DNA from: Candidatus Parvarchaeota archaeon
GTDB taxonomy: Archaea > Nanobdellota > Nanobdellia > JAFCGN01
Direction of reading: 5' to 3'
Assembly (NCBI GenBank): GCA_017608045.1
Contig: JAFCGN010000002.1
Span: 24,596 to 88,595 of the forward strand
DNA: 64,000 nucleotides
A model generated the notes under the pieces. It saw nothing but the letters and a program-made list of their open reading frames with translations. It did not search any database and was not told where the DNA came from. Each line of letters begins with the position of its first letter. Within the stretch, counting starts at the first letter, position 1. A program made the position numbers and the translations under genes. Below are positions 61,793-64,000 of this stretch, in pieces.

Positions 61793-63712
61793 ATGAAAAT
61801 TAAAATTACTTTGCCTGATAAGTCTCAAAAGATTTTTGATTCAGGAATTACTTGTTATGAAATTGCAAAAGAAGTTAATCCAAGATTAAGTAAAGAAGCT
61901 TTAGCATGTTTTGTAAATGATGATTTAAAAGATTTAAACGCACCACTTACTTCAAACGCTAAAATTAGATTTGTTACATTTAATGATGAAGAAGGAAAAA
62001 AAGTTTTTTGGCATTCAAGTGCGCATATTTTAGCAATGGCTGTAAAAGAACTTTTTCCAAAAGCAAAGATGACAATAGGTCCTGCAATTGAAAAAGGGTT
62101 TTACTATGATTTTTATGTAAAAAAGCCCTTTACAAAAGAAGATTTAGAAAAAATAGAGGAAAAAATGAGAGAAATAATTAAAAAGAAAATTCCTTTTGAA
62201 AGAAAAGAGATTTCAAAGAAAAAAGCGCAAGAACTATTTAAGAATAATGAGTTCAAGCTTGAATTAATAAAAGAACTTGAAACAAAGCCAAGTTTGTATT
62301 ATAATAATAAGTTCTTTGATTTATGTCGGGGACCGCATGTGCCAAATACAGGGTATGTAAAAGCAATAAAATTACTTTCAACATCAAGCGCGTATTGGAG
62401 AGGCAAAAGCGATGGAAAAGTTTTAATGAGGATTTATGGAATTAGTTTTCCAAAGCAAAAAATGCTTAAAGAATATTTGGATTTTCTTGAAGAAGTTGAA
62501 AAAAGAAACCATATAAAACTCGGGAAACAATTAGAATTGTACTCATTTCACCCTGAAGCGCCTGGCATGCCTTTTTTTCATGATAAAGGAGTTAAACTAT
62601 GGAACAACATTATGAATTATTGGAAGGAAGAGCATGAGAAGCTTGGGTATAAACAAGTAATGACTCCAATGATTTTAAGCGCTGAACTTTGGGAGAGAAG
62701 CGGTCACTTTAAGTATTACAAGGAGAATATGTATTGCTTAGAAATAGAAGGAAAAGAACAAGCAGTTAAACCAATGAATTGTCCTGGAGGCATGCTGATG
62801 TATAAAGAGAAAAGCCATTCATACAGGGAGTTTCCTTTAAAAGTTGCTGAACTCGGTGTCGTGCACAGGCATGAGCTTAGTGGTGTGTTAAGCGGTTTGT
62901 TTAGGGTAAGGAAATTTACTCAAGATGATGCGCATATTTATATGACAAAAGAACAAATAGTCCCAACACTTAAGGAAACAATTAACCTTGTTATTAGAAT
63001 GTATGAGACTTTTGGCGTTCCATTAGACCATGTGGAATTATCAACAAGACCTGAGAAGAGTATAGGATCTGATGAGCAATGGGAGTTAGCTGAGAATACA
63101 TTAAAGCAAGCACTTGATGAATTAAAATTGAATTACAAAATTAATGAAGGAGATGGAGCTTTTTACGGTCCGAAAATAGACTTTCACATCAAGGATGTCT
63201 TGGGCAGGACTTGGCAGTGTGGCACAATACAAGTTGATTTTGCTCAACCAGATAATTTTGATTTAACTTATATTGGGCCTGATAATAAGAAACACAGGCC
63301 AGTTATGATTCATAGAACAGTGTTAGGAAGTCTTGAAAGGTTTATGGCAATACTTGTTGAGAATTACGCAGGAGCTTTTCCATTATGGCTTGCACCAGAA
63401 CAAGTTAGAATAATTCCTATAGCAGACAGGCATCTTAGTTTTGCGAGAGAAATTGGCAATCAATTCTTTAAGAATAAAATAAGATATGAGATTGATGATA
63501 ATCAAGAGACAGTAGAGTACAGAATTCGTAAAGCACAATTACAAAAAGTGCCTTTAATCATTGTGATTGGAGATAAGGAAGAAAAGAATAAGACTCTTGC
63601 TGTAAGAACAAGGGATGGTAAAGTCAAGTTCGGCGTGAGAATCCCAGAACTCATTAAGTACGTGAACAAGGAAGTCCTGAGGAGAAGCAATGAATTAAGC
63701 CTTAAGCTTTAA
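61793..63712 (+). CDS. thrS: Threonine--tRNA ligase (bacterial-type, TGS plus editing domain)
   Basis: HSSAH, DLCRGPH, KPMNCP, GLFRVRKFTQDDAH, GAFYGPKID, GSLERF. Confidence 0.96.
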   Translation: MKIKITLPDKSQKIFDSGITCYEIAKEVNPRLSKEALACFVNDDLKDLNAPLTSNAKIRFVTFNDEEGKKVFWHSSAHILAMAVKELFPKAKMTIGPAIEKGFYYDFYVKKPFTKEDLEKIEEKMREIIKKKIPFERKEISKKKAQELFKNNEFKLELIKELETKPSLYYNNKFFDLCRGPHVPNTGYVKAIKLLSTSSAYWRGKSDGKVLMRIYGISFPKQKMLKEYLDFLEEVEKRNHIKLGKQLELYSFHPEAPGMPFFHDKGVKLWNNIMNYWKEEHEKLGYKQVMTPMILSAELWERSGHFKYYKENMYCLEIEGKEQAVKPMNCPGGMLMYKEKSHSYREFPLKVAELGVVHRHELSGVLSGLFRVRKFTQDDAHIYMTKEQIVPTLKETINLVIRMYETFGVPLDHVELSTRPEKSIGSDEQWELAENTLKQALDELKLNYKINEGDGAFYGPKIDFHIKDVLGRTWQCGTIQVDFAQPDNFDLTYIGPDNKKHRPVMIHRTVLGSLERFMAILVENYAGAFPLWLAPEQVRIIPIADRHLSFAREIGNQFFKNKIRYEIDDNQETVEYRIRKAQLQKVPLIIVIGDKEEKNKTLAVRTRDGKVKFGVRIPELIKYVNKEVLRRSNELSLKL

Positions 63713-63720
63713 TTCCTTTC

Positions 63721-63990
63721 TTATTTCTTTTTCATTATCAACTCCCTTTTTAGTATTTTTTCTGCTTTCTCTTCTAAATCCTTTAATAATTCTTTTTCAA
63801 TTTTCTTTTTTCCCTTACTATAATAATCAGTTCTTACAGCAATCATTATCTTACTCGCAAGCAACCTATCTATTCTTCCTCTCTTATTCTTAGCACTTAA
63901 GACTAAGGAGTGTTGTAGTATTAAACCATGCTTTGGAGGTTTTGCTCCGCTTCTTAAATGCCTGAATAAGGCTTTCTCAGCACCAAGCAC
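63721..63990 (-). pseudogene. nop5: Nop5/Nop56 C-terminal region, apparently interrupted upstream
   Basis: [12 protein letters not shown]...PPKHG.I.QH...RGRI.R.LA.K...A.R.D; in-frame TAG at 63994-63996; status uncertain at the window edge. Confidence 0.6.
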
Positions 63991-64000
63991 TAACTAATTC

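Overview
AT-rich chromosomal window of a small-genome archaeon, most likely DPANN/Nanobdellota-like. This is inferred from unlinked divergent 16S and 23S rRNA genes, tRNA-Ile(UAU), bacterial-type LeuRS/ThrRS, AMP phosphorylase and a type IV pilus locus. Housekeeping content: PFOR and ADP-forming acetyl-CoA synthetase, tmk, nfo, Sec61beta, RNase P RNA, cysS, topo VI, RIO1/KH, uppS, GGR, eL41, ABC-2 transporter, DRG GTPase, leuS, thermosome, thrS, and five tRNAs (two with introns). Most notable observations: (1) a promoter-proximal 10-codon uORF, MQKNLLLLLL*, plus a hairpin directly upstream of leuS, a candidate leucine-sensing leader peptide in an archaeon; (2) tRNA-Leu with anticodon AAG and tRNA-Ile with UAU; (3) a 3.7-kb islet (Lrp + unusual dikinase + HD hydrolase) bounded by a perfect 33-bp direct repeat; (4) two orphan TGS-domain gene tails among paralogous ORFans after the DRG GTPase; (5) large insertions in Top6B. 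All calls come from reading the sequence; no database searches were run.
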